Source of the DNA: an uncultured Eubacteriales bacterium
GTDB lineage: Bacteria > Bacillota > Clostridia > Oscillospirales > Butyricicoccaceae
Assembly (NCBI GenBank): GCA_910585875.1
Contig: CAJUIK010000003.1
Coordinates: forward strand, 2,212-66,211
Length of the DNA: 64,000 nt
Direction: 5' to 3'
Shown piece by piece: positions 9,996-19,213 of the stretch (its first letter is position 1; each line of letters opens with the position of its first letter). Under the pieces are notes generated by a model. That model was not told the origin of the DNA, made no database searches, and saw only the letters and a program-made list of their open reading frames with translations. A program made the translations under genes and the position numbers.

Positions 9996-10682
9996 CTATT
10001 TGCGGCAGACCACCAATGTGCTTTTGCCGGATACGCCTACCACAACGATTTCGCTGCCCGTGGGAATGGGCTGCTCCTCGTCGGTGACGGCGTCAAATTC
10101 GCCCAGCCGGTCCTGCACCAACAGGCTGACCTTGCCCTTTTGGCTGCGGGAGGCGGGGATGGTGAGATAAACCGAACCGCAGGAGCCCAAGGCGTTTTTC
10201 AGGTTCAGCGTACCGTCGGACTGCAAGCTCATGGCGGCCCGCATCATGGCGGCCAGAATAATCATGGCGGCGGCGCCCAGAGCCAGGGACGTTAAGCAGG
10301 AGATCGCCGCCCCGGCGCCCGAGCGCAGCATGGCCAGGCCGCACCAGCCGAATACCGAGAAGAAGGCCACCAGCCCCCGGATGGTGAACACCCGCAGGCC
10401 CCCGTCCACAATCTCGCGGCCGGGCAGATCCGGGTCCAGATCCAGCTCGATATCGGGAACGCCGTCTCCGTCCAGGTCGATTCCCTCCATGCCGCCGATC
10501 CCGATATCCGGGATTCCGTCCCCGTCCAGGTCGGCTCCGTTCCCGCCGTCCATATCGGCGTCGCCGCCGCTCAAACCGATCAGCAGCAGCACGGTCTGAA
10601 TGGCCAGCACCAGCGTGGCCGGGATGGCCACATAAGCGAAGCACCGCTCCAAAGCGGTCAGCGCGTTCCACCATTCTGACAT
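9996..10682 (-). CDS. NfeD-like membrane protein (flotillin partner) with acidic DxDGDG insert
   Basis: TM helices then OB-fold-like C-terminus (GSVYLTIP..GKV..EFDAVT..IPTGSEIVVVGV); directly upstream of flotillin. Confidence 0.82.
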   Translation of the reverse strand: MSEWWNALTALERCFAYVAIPATLVLAIQTVLLLIGLSGGDADMDGGNGADLDGDGIPDIGIGGMEGIDLDGDGVPDIELDLDPDLPGREIVDGGLRVFTIRGLVAFFSVFGWCGLAMLRSGAGAAISCLTSLALGAAAMIILAAMMRAAMSLQSDGTLNLKNALGSCGSVYLTIPASRSQKGKVSLLVQDRLGEFDAVTDEEQPIPTGSEIVVVGVSGKSTLVVCRK

Positions 10683-10794
10683 AACAAATTTCCCCCTTTG
10701 GCGGCGCGAGTTTCCAAAAAACCGCGCCTTGTTTTCTTTTTCTCCGTGAAATGATTCTATCAAAACCCCAGGGCCCGGCCCTGGGAATAGGCCG

Positions 10795-11355
10795 TCAGTT
10801 TTCCAGCTGGCCCAGCAGCAGCTGGGCTTGCTGCTTGAAACTGGAGGCGATGTAGGCTGTCACCGTCACCCGCAGCACCAGGGCCACCCGGGCGCGGGCG
10901 CCGGGATAGGGCTCCTGATAATCGGCCAGCACCTGCTGGCAAAGCCCTTTCAGCTGGTCGGAGCCGCTCATGTGCTGGGATTCCAGCGAGGCCGTCAGCT
11001 CCGCCACATAGAGGTAGAACTGGCTGTCGTCGATGATATCGTCGGACTCCTGGTCCAGCTGGCCGTTGATGTAAGAGAGCAGCCGGCAGATGGCGTCCAG
11101 CGGCAGCGCGTCCCGCAGCATATTGATGATCAAGATACGGCTCAGCTGCCGGCGGCTGTATTTTTTGTTTTTCGGCGAGGATAAAAACCCCCGTTTCACC
11201 CAGTTTTGGATGGTATACGGTTCTAAACCGGTGAATTGGGCCACCTGCGAAAGCATCAGCCCCCCTGTGAGAAACATGGAAGTCAGCAGAGTATCGGCGG
11301 CGCCGGGCCGGCTGATATCGACTTCTGCGGTGGAACCCGGCAGCTTCTTCAGCAT
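10795..11355 (-). CDS. DUF1836-domain protein (MerR-like HTH)
   Basis: TIQNWVKRGFLSSPKNKKYSRRQL motif typical of this family. Confidence 0.8.
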   Translation of the reverse strand: MLKKLPGSTAEVDISRPGAADTLLTSMFLTGGLMLSQVAQFTGLEPYTIQNWVKRGFLSSPKNKKYSRRQLSRILIINMLRDALPLDAICRLLSYINGQLDQESDDIIDDSQFYLYVAELTASLESQHMSGSDQLKGLCQQVLADYQEPYPGARARVALVLRVTVTAYIASSFKQQAQLLLGQLEN

Positions 11356-11363
11356 GAAACTTT

Positions 11364-11520
11364 TCCCCAGAAAATTTGTTGATTTTCTGGGCGCCCCTTT
11401 CTGATTTGATAGAGTTCCGGGAAAAGAATTCCCAGAAATCGCTTCGCCGGATTCCCGGCGTCCCGTCGGCGGGCCCTTGGCGCTCCGCGCTGGAAAATCA
11501 TTCGATTTCCTGGGGACGAG
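11364..11520 (-). repeat. Dispersed copy of structured ~115-bp intergenic repeat
   Basis: Minus strand reads CCCGCCGACGGGACGCCGGGAATCCGGCGAAGCGATTT..., homologous to the units at 23509-23733. Confidence 0.7.
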
Positions 11521-11584
11521 GCCCCGGCCTCAAGCGCCGACGTCTCTGAACCAGCCGTGCGGATATGGGGTAGAGCTGTTTGGC

Positions 11585-11815
11585 CTACCCAAGCAAACCA
11601 GCGATTTGAATCAGCTGGATCAAACCGGGCAGGCCCAGCAGGGTCAGCACGACGCCCCGGAACAGATGGGCCTTTTTCCGATCTTCGGGCATTTCCTTCG
11701 CTCCATAGCGCCCATAGGCCCGGCCCTCGGCCAGATACCAGCTCAACTGGGGCCGAAACAGAAAAATCACACCGGAAATGAGAAACAACAAGCTGAGATA
11801 ATCGAAAAAACTCAT
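11585..11815 (-). CDS. Small hypothetical membrane protein (2 TM)
   Basis: 76 aa, two hydrophobic segments, GGAGGG RBS, upstream TTGACA-17-TATACT promoter at 11869-11897. Confidence 0.7.
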   Translation of the reverse strand: MSFFDYLSLLFLISGVIFLFRPQLSWYLAEGRAYGRYGAKEMPEDRKKAHLFRGVVLTLLGLPGLIQLIQIAGLLG

Positions 11816-11981
11816 GATCTATCCCTCCATAATTCATCTGTACCTGCGCGTCCTTTGAGCTTGAAGATAGTATATCACACGGTTAAATGACTGTCAAGAG
11901 AGATTTGATAACTTTTTAACAGGTTTGAAAGACGTAAAAAAAGGCGCCCGGACCATTTAACATGGCCGGGCGCTGGGGGAT

Positions 11982-14687
11982 TCAGGCGGTTTCGGGCCGG
12001 GGGGCCGGCCATTTGCGTTTCAAGCGGCGCAGACGGCGCAGGGCCAATTTGCGCAGCAGATCCGCCGGGACGACGGAAAAGGCCGCCAATATCGCCAGCA
12101 AAAAGTGTCGAGGCTCCAGGGGGCTGGCCCGGAACAAGCTGCCGCCGAAATAGACCAGAAGGCCCTGGATGGCGCTGACAAACAGCATGACGCCGGCAAA
12201 TAAAGGATTGCTCCCCAGCCGGGCCCCCAGGTTGAGCCGGGGCGTCCGGGCGTTGAAGCTGTTGAAGATGCCGCAGAAGATGAAAAAGGTGAAAAAGACA
12301 GTGAGCAGATAGTCCGGGTTTTGATCAAAGCCCAGGGCTTGGCGGAAAAAGGGAAGAGTCAGCAGCGCCAGGCACAGGACGATGGTGAAGCCGCCCATAT
12401 ACAGGGCCTGCCCCAGCATTTCGCCGGTGAAAATCGGCTCGTCCCGGCGCTTGGGCGGTTCTTCCATGGTTTCGGGCAGAGGCGGTTCGCCGGCATAGGC
12501 CAGGCCCGCCAGGGTGTCCATGATGATATTGACCCACAGCATTTGCACCACAGTGATGGGAGCGTCGACGCCGAAAAAGGGCCCCAGAATGGAGACGCCC
12601 ACGGCGCATAGGTTCATCGTCAGCTGGAAAACGATGAATTTGCGAATGCTTTTGAAAATCGTACGGCCATAGAGGATGGCCCGAGTCAGGCTGGCGAAAT
12701 TGTCGTCCAGAATGACGATGTCCCCCGCCTCTTTGGCCACCTCTGTGCCGCCGCCCATGGCAAAGCCCACGTCGGCCAGCTTCAGGGCCGGGGCGTCGTT
12801 GATGCCGTCGCCAGTCATGCCGGCTACCAGCCCCCTTTGTTGGGCTAGCCGCACCAGGCGGGATTTGTCCTGGGGCAGGGCCCGGGCCACCACCCGCAGC
12901 CGGGGGAGGAGATCGACGATTTGCTGGTCCGAAAGGGCGGCCAGCTGGTCGTGGGTCAGGGCCAAATCCTGAGGGTCTTTCAGCAGCCCGGCCTGGCGGG
13001 CGACGGCGGCGGCGGTATCCTTATTGTCGCCGGTGATCATCACCACCTGGATGCCGGCCCGGCGGGCCTGAGCCACGGCGGCGGGCGCCTGGGGACGCAG
13101 ACCGTCTTGGATGCCCGCCAGACCCAATAGAGTCAGGTCCTTCAAGTCCCCTTTGGTTTCCACCGGCTTTTCGGCGTAGGCCAGAGCCAGGGCCCGGAAA
13201 GCGCCGGCGGTCATCCGCTCCCAAGCGGCCCGAGCGGCGCCGGCTCGGGGCAGAGGCTGGCGGCGGCCTGAAGCGTCCAGATAATGGGTGCAGGCGTTGA
13301 GAATCAGCTCGGGCGCGCCTTTGACAAGGCCCAAGGGACGGCCGTTTTGGCTGACTTGAGCGGTGGAGAATTTCAAGGCGCTGTCAAAGGCCACGGTCTG
13401 CCGGGCGGTCAGCTGCGGAATCTGGCCCATGCAGGGGGCGGCGAAGGCCAGCAGGGCCCGATCGGTGGCGTTGCCTCCCAGAGGCTTGCCCTGGGAGTCC
13501 AAAACAGCCTGGGTGTTCCGGGCGCAGTTGAGGCCTGTCAAGCGGAATAGCTCCGGCGCCTCCTGGGCCAGACGGCGGATATCGTCAAAAGACCGGCCGT
13601 CTCCCGTCACAAATTCCGCCACTGTCAGCTTGCCCTGGGTCAGCGTGCCGGTTTTGTCGGTAAAGAGAATGTTCAGGCTGCCCGAAGTCTCGATGCCCAC
13701 CAGCTTGCGAACCAAAACCTTGTCCCGCAGCATCCGCCGCATATTGGAAGAGAGCACCACCGTGATCATCATGGGCAGGCCTTCGGGGGCCGCCACTACC
13801 ATCACTGTCACCGCCAGGGTGGCGGCGTGGAGCAGGCAGTCCAGCAAATGGGGAATATCCGCCGCCGCGGCCAGAATCAGAGCGGGAGAGCAATTGTTGT
13901 CCAGGACAAGGGCGTTGAATAAATCCGCTAAACCCACCGCCAGAGCGGCCAGAAAGCCCAGCCGGCTCAAGGTATCCGCCAGCTTGGAAAGCCGCAGCTT
14001 CAGCGGGCTCTGGCGGGTTTCCTGCTGCATCTCCCGGGCCATGCCGCCGTAAAAGGTGGCGTCTCCCACTCGGAGCACCTGCATCATCCCCTGGCCCTGG
14101 CAGACGACGCTGCCCCGGAAGAGCTGGTTTTGGCGGGAAAAATCCCAGCCCTGCTCCCCGGGAGAGGCGCCGCCGGGCAGCTTTGAGGTTTCCCGGCTTT
14201 CGCCGTTGAGGGCGGATTGATCCACCGACAGCTTGCCTTGGGCCAATAAGCCGTCGGCGGGGATCCGTTCGCCCCCTTCCAGCAGGATCAGGTCGCCGAC
14301 CACCGCTTCGTCTATGGGGATTTGTTGGATTTTTCCTCCTCGCAGCGCCCGGCAGCGGCCCCGGGCGGCCTCCTGCTGGAGCCGGAGGAAGGCGGATTCG
14401 CTGCCATACTCCGACAAGGTGGAGACAAAAGTGGCCAGAAACACCGCCAGAGCGATGCCCGCCGTCTCAAACCAGTTGGCCTGCCGAACGAGCAGCAACA
14501 GGTTGAGACACAGGGCGACCAGCAGGATTTTGATGATTGGGTCGCCGAAGTTGGCCAGAAACTGGCTTCCAAAGGTCTTGCGCTTTTGTTGGGTCAACTG
14601 ATTGCTTCCGTGCTTTTGCCGCGATCGTTCTACGGCTTGGGGATCCAGCCCCTTGGCCGCAAAGGCCGATTCGTTCCGATAATCCAT
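11982..14687 (-). CDS. Calcium-translocating P-type ATPase (type II, YloB/PMCA-like)
   Basis: DQSALNGES, PEGL, DKTGTLT, KGAPE, MITGD, MTGDGINDAPAL, QMLWVNIIMDT; AAGGAG RBS before ATG 14687. Confidence 0.93.
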   Translation of the reverse strand: MDYRNESAFAAKGLDPQAVERSRQKHGSNQLTQQKRKTFGSQFLANFGDPIIKILLVALCLNLLLLVRQANWFETAGIALAVFLATFVSTLSEYGSESAFLRLQQEAARGRCRALRGGKIQQIPIDEAVVGDLILLEGGERIPADGLLAQGKLSVDQSALNGESRETSKLPGGASPGEQGWDFSRQNQLFRGSVVCQGQGMMQVLRVGDATFYGGMAREMQQETRQSPLKLRLSKLADTLSRLGFLAALAVGLADLFNALVLDNNCSPALILAAAADIPHLLDCLLHAATLAVTVMVVAAPEGLPMMITVVLSSNMRRMLRDKVLVRKLVGIETSGSLNILFTDKTGTLTQGKLTVAEFVTGDGRSFDDIRRLAQEAPELFRLTGLNCARNTQAVLDSQGKPLGGNATDRALLAFAAPCMGQIPQLTARQTVAFDSALKFSTAQVSQNGRPLGLVKGAPELILNACTHYLDASGRRQPLPRAGAARAAWERMTAGAFRALALAYAEKPVETKGDLKDLTLLGLAGIQDGLRPQAPAAVAQARRAGIQVVMITGDNKDTAAAVARQAGLLKDPQDLALTHDQLAALSDQQIVDLLPRLRVVARALPQDKSRLVRLAQQRGLVAGMTGDGINDAPALKLADVGFAMGGGTEVAKEAGDIVILDDNFASLTRAILYGRTIFKSIRKFIVFQLTMNLCAVGVSILGPFFGVDAPITVVQMLWVNIIMDTLAGLAYAGEPPLPETMEEPPKRRDEPIFTGEMLGQALYMGGFTIVLCLALLTLPFFRQALGFDQNPDYLLTVFFTFFIFCGIFNSFNARTPRLNLGARLGSNPLFAGVMLFVSAIQGLLVYFGGSLFRASPLEPRHFLLAILAAFSVVPADLLRKLALRRLRRLKRKWPAPRPETA

Positions 14688-14729
14688 GTTGTTCCACTCC
14701 TTTTGTCTTGGACAAGTTCCGGGATACCC

Positions 14730-14759
14730 ATCCATATGAAGGAGCGGCCTCCAATATGC
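14730..14759 (-). promoter_or_regulatory. Putative sigma-E (mother-cell sporulation) promoter of the Ca2+ ATPase
   Basis: GCATATT-14bp-CATATGGAT on the minus strand. Confidence 0.55.
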
Positions 14760-14833
14760 GTCGGCCGGAAAGGGCGTAAAAAATCCCCCCGTTGTTTCGA
14801 GGGGAGGAGCCGGCCCTGAAAGCCTAGGCTCGG

Positions 14834-16783
14834 CTAACGGCTTTTCAGAAGGTTGAAATATTCCGTTCTGCCGTCCTGATAGGCCCGCTGGAGCAGGGTC
14901 TGCCACCGCTGGGTGGAAAAACGGCCGACGATCAGAGAAAAGAATTCCAGGTCATAGGCGTCGTAGGCTTCCCAGGCCAGCAGGGTTTGTTGGCTGTCGG
15001 TCAGCCGGCTTTGCATCATGGAAAAGCGTAGGACGTCCCGGTCCTCTCTGGCCTGGCGGCACATGGAAAGACGGCTTTGCGCGGCGAGGCTTTCAAACAG
15101 CGGCATAAAACAGCCGTAGCAGCTCTGTTCCGCGGCTTGGTCCGCCAGCTCATAGCGAAAATCTTCCTCCAGCAGCGGGGACAGTGGGTAGAGATAGCTG
15201 GCTTTCCGGTCCGCCATAGCCTGCTGGGCAAACTGCCGCAGCGAGGCGGCGTCCAGCTCCAAAGAAGCCAGGGAAAAATAAGTCAAACGGTCTTCCCGAT
15301 AGGCCCGCCAAGCCAGCTCCAGGATGACGTGATCGGAGGCTTTGGGCAAGACGGCGCCAAAGGCTTCCTGAAAATCCTCTTCGTAAAAGCGCCAAGCCAA
15401 TTGGTCGGCGTTTTCGTCAAAGGGGCCTTGCGCGGATTCCAACAGCGCCGCTTTGATCGAGCTGCCGGCCAGAGTTTTGTCCACTCCGTTGACAAGGGCG
15501 GCGTCATAGCGCCATTGGGCGCAGTCCGGGGCGAACGCCAGTGTGTAGCCCGACTGCCGCTGGGTTTCCCCTGCCTGCTCCGGGAAGGGGCAGGGGGAAA
15601 GGGTGAACAGATAATTGTTTTCATAGAAGAGAGCGGACTGCGACAGAGTGACGGCGGATTGGGGAGAAGCCGAAGCAGCCGCTTTGGGAGCCGCCGGCCC
15701 GGTGTAAACGCCGCCATACAGGGCCGCGCAGCAAAGGAGGGCAAAAACGGCGGCGCCCCGGATCCAGGCCCTTTTACCGCTTTGGCGGAAATGGACGACG
15801 GCTTCCAACCGCTCTTTGAGCAGACGGCCGTCGGCGCTGAGGGGCGCGGCCGCCGCAGGCAGAGGGGAGGAAGCGGAGAGCAGGGAAAAGCGCAGCAGCG
15901 CGTCGCCATAGGCCAGACGCTGGTCTGGATCCAGCCGAGCCAAGGCGTCCTCGTCGCAGGCCAGCTCGCAATCCTGCTGGGCCAGCCGAACCATCCAATA
16001 GACCAGGGGGTTAAACCAATGGACGCACAGAGCCAGCTGGAGCAGGGCTTTGCCGGCCAGATCCCGGCGTTTGTAGTGGGTCAGCTCGTGGAGCAAAGCC
16101 GCCTCCAGCTCCGCCGAAGACAGCGGCGCCGCCGGCAGCAGGACGCAGGGCCGGCCCAGCCGGGCCAGCAAAGGGGAATCCAGCTCCGGCGAGGCCCACA
16201 GCGCCACAGGATGCCGAATGGAAAGCCGTCGGCGGGCCTGCTCCAGGGTTTCCAGAGCCTGGGGCGGAGGCGGGATCAGCTGGGCGGCGGTCCGCCGGCA
16301 GAAGCGGCGATAAGCCCACAGGCGCAGGCCGGCGGAAAAGAGAAAGCCCGCCAGCCACAGGAAAATTAGAGCCGCCGGCGCCGCCTCCCGCCAGGGAGCG
16401 GGGGGCTTTGAAGGGGCGGGAGCTTGTTCCGCCGGTTCCGTCTTCTGCCGAGTCTCTGAGGCGAACGTATAGCCGGGGAATTGCAGGGAAAGGGGCGGAT
16501 TTGACGGAAAGGAGCCTTCGGGTTGGCCTGGCAGAGTTTGTTCTGTCGGCGGGAGTTCCCCGCCGACCTGGGCCGGGGACTCGGCAGAGCGAAACAGCCA
16601 ATTCATCAGATTGTTTTCCGGGGAAAAGGGCAGCAAAAGCCGCAGGGCTACAAACAGCCACAACAGGTATTGGAACCTCCGGCTGATTTTCTCCCGGAGC
16701 CGGGGGCGCAGGGCGGATACGAGCAGGATGAGCAGAGAGCAGGACAGGGAAAGAGAGGCCAGAATCTGGAGGAAGACCCTCAT
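14834..16783 (-). CDS. BlaR1/MecR1-family M56 metallopeptidase signal transducer
   Basis: YLLWLFVALRLLLP, LLHELTHYKRRD (HExxH), HWFNPLVY, ELACD, LKERL; overlaps blaI stop (ATGA). Confidence 0.92.
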   Translation of the reverse strand: MRVFLQILASLSLSCSLLILLVSALRPRLREKISRRFQYLLWLFVALRLLLPFSPENNLMNWLFRSAESPAQVGGELPPTEQTLPGQPEGSFPSNPPLSLQFPGYTFASETRQKTEPAEQAPAPSKPPAPWREAAPAALIFLWLAGFLFSAGLRLWAYRRFCRRTAAQLIPPPPQALETLEQARRRLSIRHPVALWASPELDSPLLARLGRPCVLLPAAPLSSAELEAALLHELTHYKRRDLAGKALLQLALCVHWFNPLVYWMVRLAQQDCELACDEDALARLDPDQRLAYGDALLRFSLLSASSPLPAAAAPLSADGRLLKERLEAVVHFRQSGKRAWIRGAAVFALLCCAALYGGVYTGPAAPKAAASASPQSAVTLSQSALFYENNYLFTLSPCPFPEQAGETQRQSGYTLAFAPDCAQWRYDAALVNGVDKTLAGSSIKAALLESAQGPFDENADQLAWRFYEEDFQEAFGAVLPKASDHVILELAWRAYREDRLTYFSLASLELDAASLRQFAQQAMADRKASYLYPLSPLLEEDFRYELADQAAEQSCYGCFMPLFESLAAQSRLSMCRQAREDRDVLRFSMMQSRLTDSQQTLLAWEAYDAYDLEFFSLIVGRFSTQRWQTLLQRAYQDGRTEYFNLLKSR

Positions 16784-17163
16784 TGCCGGCGTTTTTCCTC
16801 CTGCCAGAATTGATGCAGCTCCGCCAAATCCTGCTGGGACAGGGAATCGGATTGCAGCAGGGAGGCCACCAACCCCTTGACGCTGCCCCGGTAGACTTTT
16901 TCCACCAGGGTTTGGGTTTGGGAAGCCTGATAGTCCCGCTGGCTCACTTGGACGATGTATTCATTGCGGCGGCCGAATTTTTCGGTGGAAAGCAAGCCCT
17001 TATCCGTCAACCTGGCCAAGAAGGTCAGCACCGTGTTTTTGTTCCAGGGGCTCCCCTGCTTTTCCAGAACTTCCATCACCTGGGCGAAGCGGGCTCGGCC
17101 TCCCAAGTCCCATAGGATGTGCATCAGCTGTAATTCAGAATCGGAAACGGCGTGTATTTGCAA
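16780..17163 (-). CDS. BlaI/MecI/CopY-family transcriptional repressor
   Basis: SDSELQLMHILW, WNKNTVLTFLARLTDKG, YRGSVKGLVASL; TTG start with GGAGAGG RBS. Confidence 0.92.
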   Translation of the reverse strand: MQIHAVSDSELQLMHILWDLGGRARFAQVMEVLEKQGSPWNKNTVLTFLARLTDKGLLSTEKFGRRNEYIVQVSQRDYQASQTQTLVEKVYRGSVKGLVASLLQSDSLSQQDLAELHQFWQEEKRRQ

Positions 17164-17247
17164 AACAATCCTCTCCTTTGAGCGGGGTATGGAACGATTA
17201 TATCATTGAGGGACAGGCGGTGTCAAAAAAGAAATTCTGGCGCCGGC

Positions 17248-17850
17248 TTATAGCTCCAGACGCTGGCCCGGCTCTACCACTAACTTGCCCGGGGCAAGAA
17301 ATTTCTCGGCGGCTTCGGCGTCAAAGAGCTTGCCGTCGTCGCTGGGGCAGGAGTGGATGGGAATCGTATGCCGAGCGCCGAGAAGCTCGGCGCAGCGGCC
17401 GGCCTCTTTGGGGCCCATGTTGTAAACGCCGTCGATGGGCAGCAGGGCGTAATCCAGCTTCATATCCCGCAGCAGGCCGGACATGGCCGGCGTTTCCGAG
17501 GTGTCCCCCGAGGCGTAAATCTTCAGGCCGTCCAGCTGGATGACAAAACCCACGCAGCAGGCCGGGTCGTGATTGGCGTTGGCGGCGGGCACAGCTTGGA
17601 TTTGAATGTCCCCCAGGGAGAACTGGCCGTATTGCCCCCCTTCCAGCGCCTCTTTCCAGGTGATTTGGGCGCAGCCCGGCTTGCGGGCGGGCAGGTCCGT
17701 CCGGTTGTGGTCGTAGTGGTCGTGGGTGACTAAAATCAGGTCGGCGGGCAGGTCGTAGCCCTGGCCGGCGAAGGGGTCCACATAGATCGCGCGGCCGTCC
17801 CGGCTCTCCAGCCGGAAGCTGCCGTGGCCTTGGTAAAGCAGATATGCCAT
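17248..17850 (-). CDS. MBL-fold metallo-hydrolase
   Basis: GHGSFRL, VTHDHYDH, YASGDT, LPIDG, IPIH motifs. Confidence 0.88.
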   Translation of the reverse strand: MAYLLYQGHGSFRLESRDGRAIYVDPFAGQGYDLPADLILVTHDHYDHNRTDLPARKPGCAQITWKEALEGGQYGQFSLGDIQIQAVPAANANHDPACCVGFVIQLDGLKIYASGDTSETPAMSGLLRDMKLDYALLPIDGVYNMGPKEAGRCAELLGARHTIPIHSCPSDDGKLFDAEAAEKFLAPGKLVVEPGQRLEL

Positions 17851-18001
17851 CGTCGTTTTCTCCTTTTGATGAAATGAGTTGATTTTTGGTTTCGTCCCGC
17901 TGAAAACGTTCCTGCCAATCGTCCAGAACCCGGTTTTTAAGGCCGGATTGCGCGCGGCTGTTCGACGGGGCCTTCCTCCTGTTTCGGCCGGCCCCGCTCC
18001 C

Positions 18002-18030
18002 TTGACAGCCTGGGCAGCCGGGGATTATAC
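18002..18030 (+). promoter_or_regulatory. sigma-A promoter of the grpB operon
   Basis: TTGACA-17bp-TATACT. Confidence 0.75.
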
Positions 18031-18063
18031 TAATACAATTCAACGGGAAAAGAGGGGGATTTT

Positions 18064-18648
18064 GTGGGCAAACGCTTGTCAGAGATGAGCCTGGAAGAGC
18101 TGTGGAGACTGTTTCCCATCCAGCTGACGCCCCATCAAAGCCGCTGGGCGGAGCAGTATCAAGAGGAAGAGGCGCGGCTTCTGGCTGTTTTGGGGCGGGA
18201 TCAGGTCTGGCGGATCAGCCATATTGGCAGCACGGCCGCGCCCGGTCTTTGGGCCAAACCCATTGTGGATATTTTGCTGGAAGCGGCGCCCGACGCCTGT
18301 TGGGCAGCGCTGAAAGAGGCGCTGCTGGAAAGTGGCTACCGCTGGATGAGCCAATCCGAAGGCAGGATGTCCTTCAATCGGGGATATACCGAAGAGGGGT
18401 TCGCCCAGCAGGTTTTTCATCTGCATCTGCGGCGGCCCGGCGACTGCGACGAGCTGTATTTTCTGGAGTATCTGCGCAAATTCCCCGAAGCCGCCAAGCA
18501 ATACGAAGATTTGAAGCTGGGCCTTTGGAAACAGTTTGAACACAACCGAGACGGCTATACCGCCGCCAAAACCGAATTGGTGGAACAATACACCCGGCAG
18601 GCCCGGCGGCTCTGGCCAGACCGGTATCAGCCGGAGCGGAATCGATGA
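18064..18648 (+). CDS. GrpB/UPF0157 family nucleotidyltransferase-fold protein
   Basis: HIGSTAAPGLWAKPIVDI, FHLHL, YEDLKL, YTAAKT. Confidence 0.9.
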   Translation: MGKRLSEMSLEELWRLFPIQLTPHQSRWAEQYQEEEARLLAVLGRDQVWRISHIGSTAAPGLWAKPIVDILLEAAPDACWAALKEALLESGYRWMSQSEGRMSFNRGYTEEGFAQQVFHLHLRRPGDCDELYFLEYLRKFPEAAKQYEDLKLGLWKQFEHNRDGYTAAKTELVEQYTRQARRLWPDRYQPERNR

Positions 18649-18700
18649 AAAAAGAATAACACAGCGCCGGCCAAAAAGCAAACCGCAGGGGGGAAAGGCC

Positions 18701-19204
18701 ATGTATATCGCGGGCAACTATTGGAATCACTACATCGGAGACACCGACGACAGCCTGACGCTGCTGGATTATCTGGCGGGCAAAGGCCAACAGGAAATTT
18801 CCATAAAGGAAATATTTTCCGAAACCGGCTTGGACAAGCTGAACGGCGATTTTCGCCGCAGTCACACGCCGCTGACAGCTCCGGCGGGAGGCGAAGCGGG
18901 GGAAGGCTATTATAGGGAGTTTTATTTTGCCATTGATCTCGTCGTCGATTTGGCCGCGCTGCTGTTGGAATGCAAAGTCAGCGGCAGCCTGGACCTCAGC
19001 GAACTGGCGGGATATGATCTGCCGGCTTCGGGGCCTGTCGTCCTCACAGCCGCGCCAGAGGAGCAGGAATTGATCAGCCGGGCTCTGGAGGATTTTTCCT
19101 CGGCGCCCTTGGAATATGATTTGAGCGAACTGTGCCCGGAAGAAGCTTTGCTGGAAATGGCGGAGCTCTGCCGGCGGCTGCGGCAGGAACTATATGGAGA
19201 ATAG
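18701..19204 (+). CDS. Imm68-like putative immunity protein
   Basis: MYI..YWNHYIGDTDDSLTLLDYL N-terminus and IDLVVDLAALLLEC..SG resemble the Imm68 family; GAAAGG RBS. Confidence 0.72.
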   Translation: MYIAGNYWNHYIGDTDDSLTLLDYLAGKGQQEISIKEIFSETGLDKLNGDFRRSHTPLTAPAGGEAGEGYYREFYFAIDLVVDLAALLLECKVSGSLDLSELAGYDLPASGPVVLTAAPEEQELISRALEDFSSAPLEYDLSELCPEEALLEMAELCRRLRQELYGE

Positions 19205-19213
19205 GGGAGAAGC

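Noticed and set aside
11982..14906. Extended starts from the ORF track (14906, also 561, 10763, 18536, 33335, 51345, 57519)
   Set aside because: They overlap neighbours or promoter regions; downstream ATGs have clear RBSs and match family N-termini
14834..17850. Beta-lactam resistance locus (blaI-blaR1-beta-lactamase)
   Set aside because: BlaR1 lacks a penicillin-binding domain and the MBL-fold protein has no signal peptide; resistance cannot be supported
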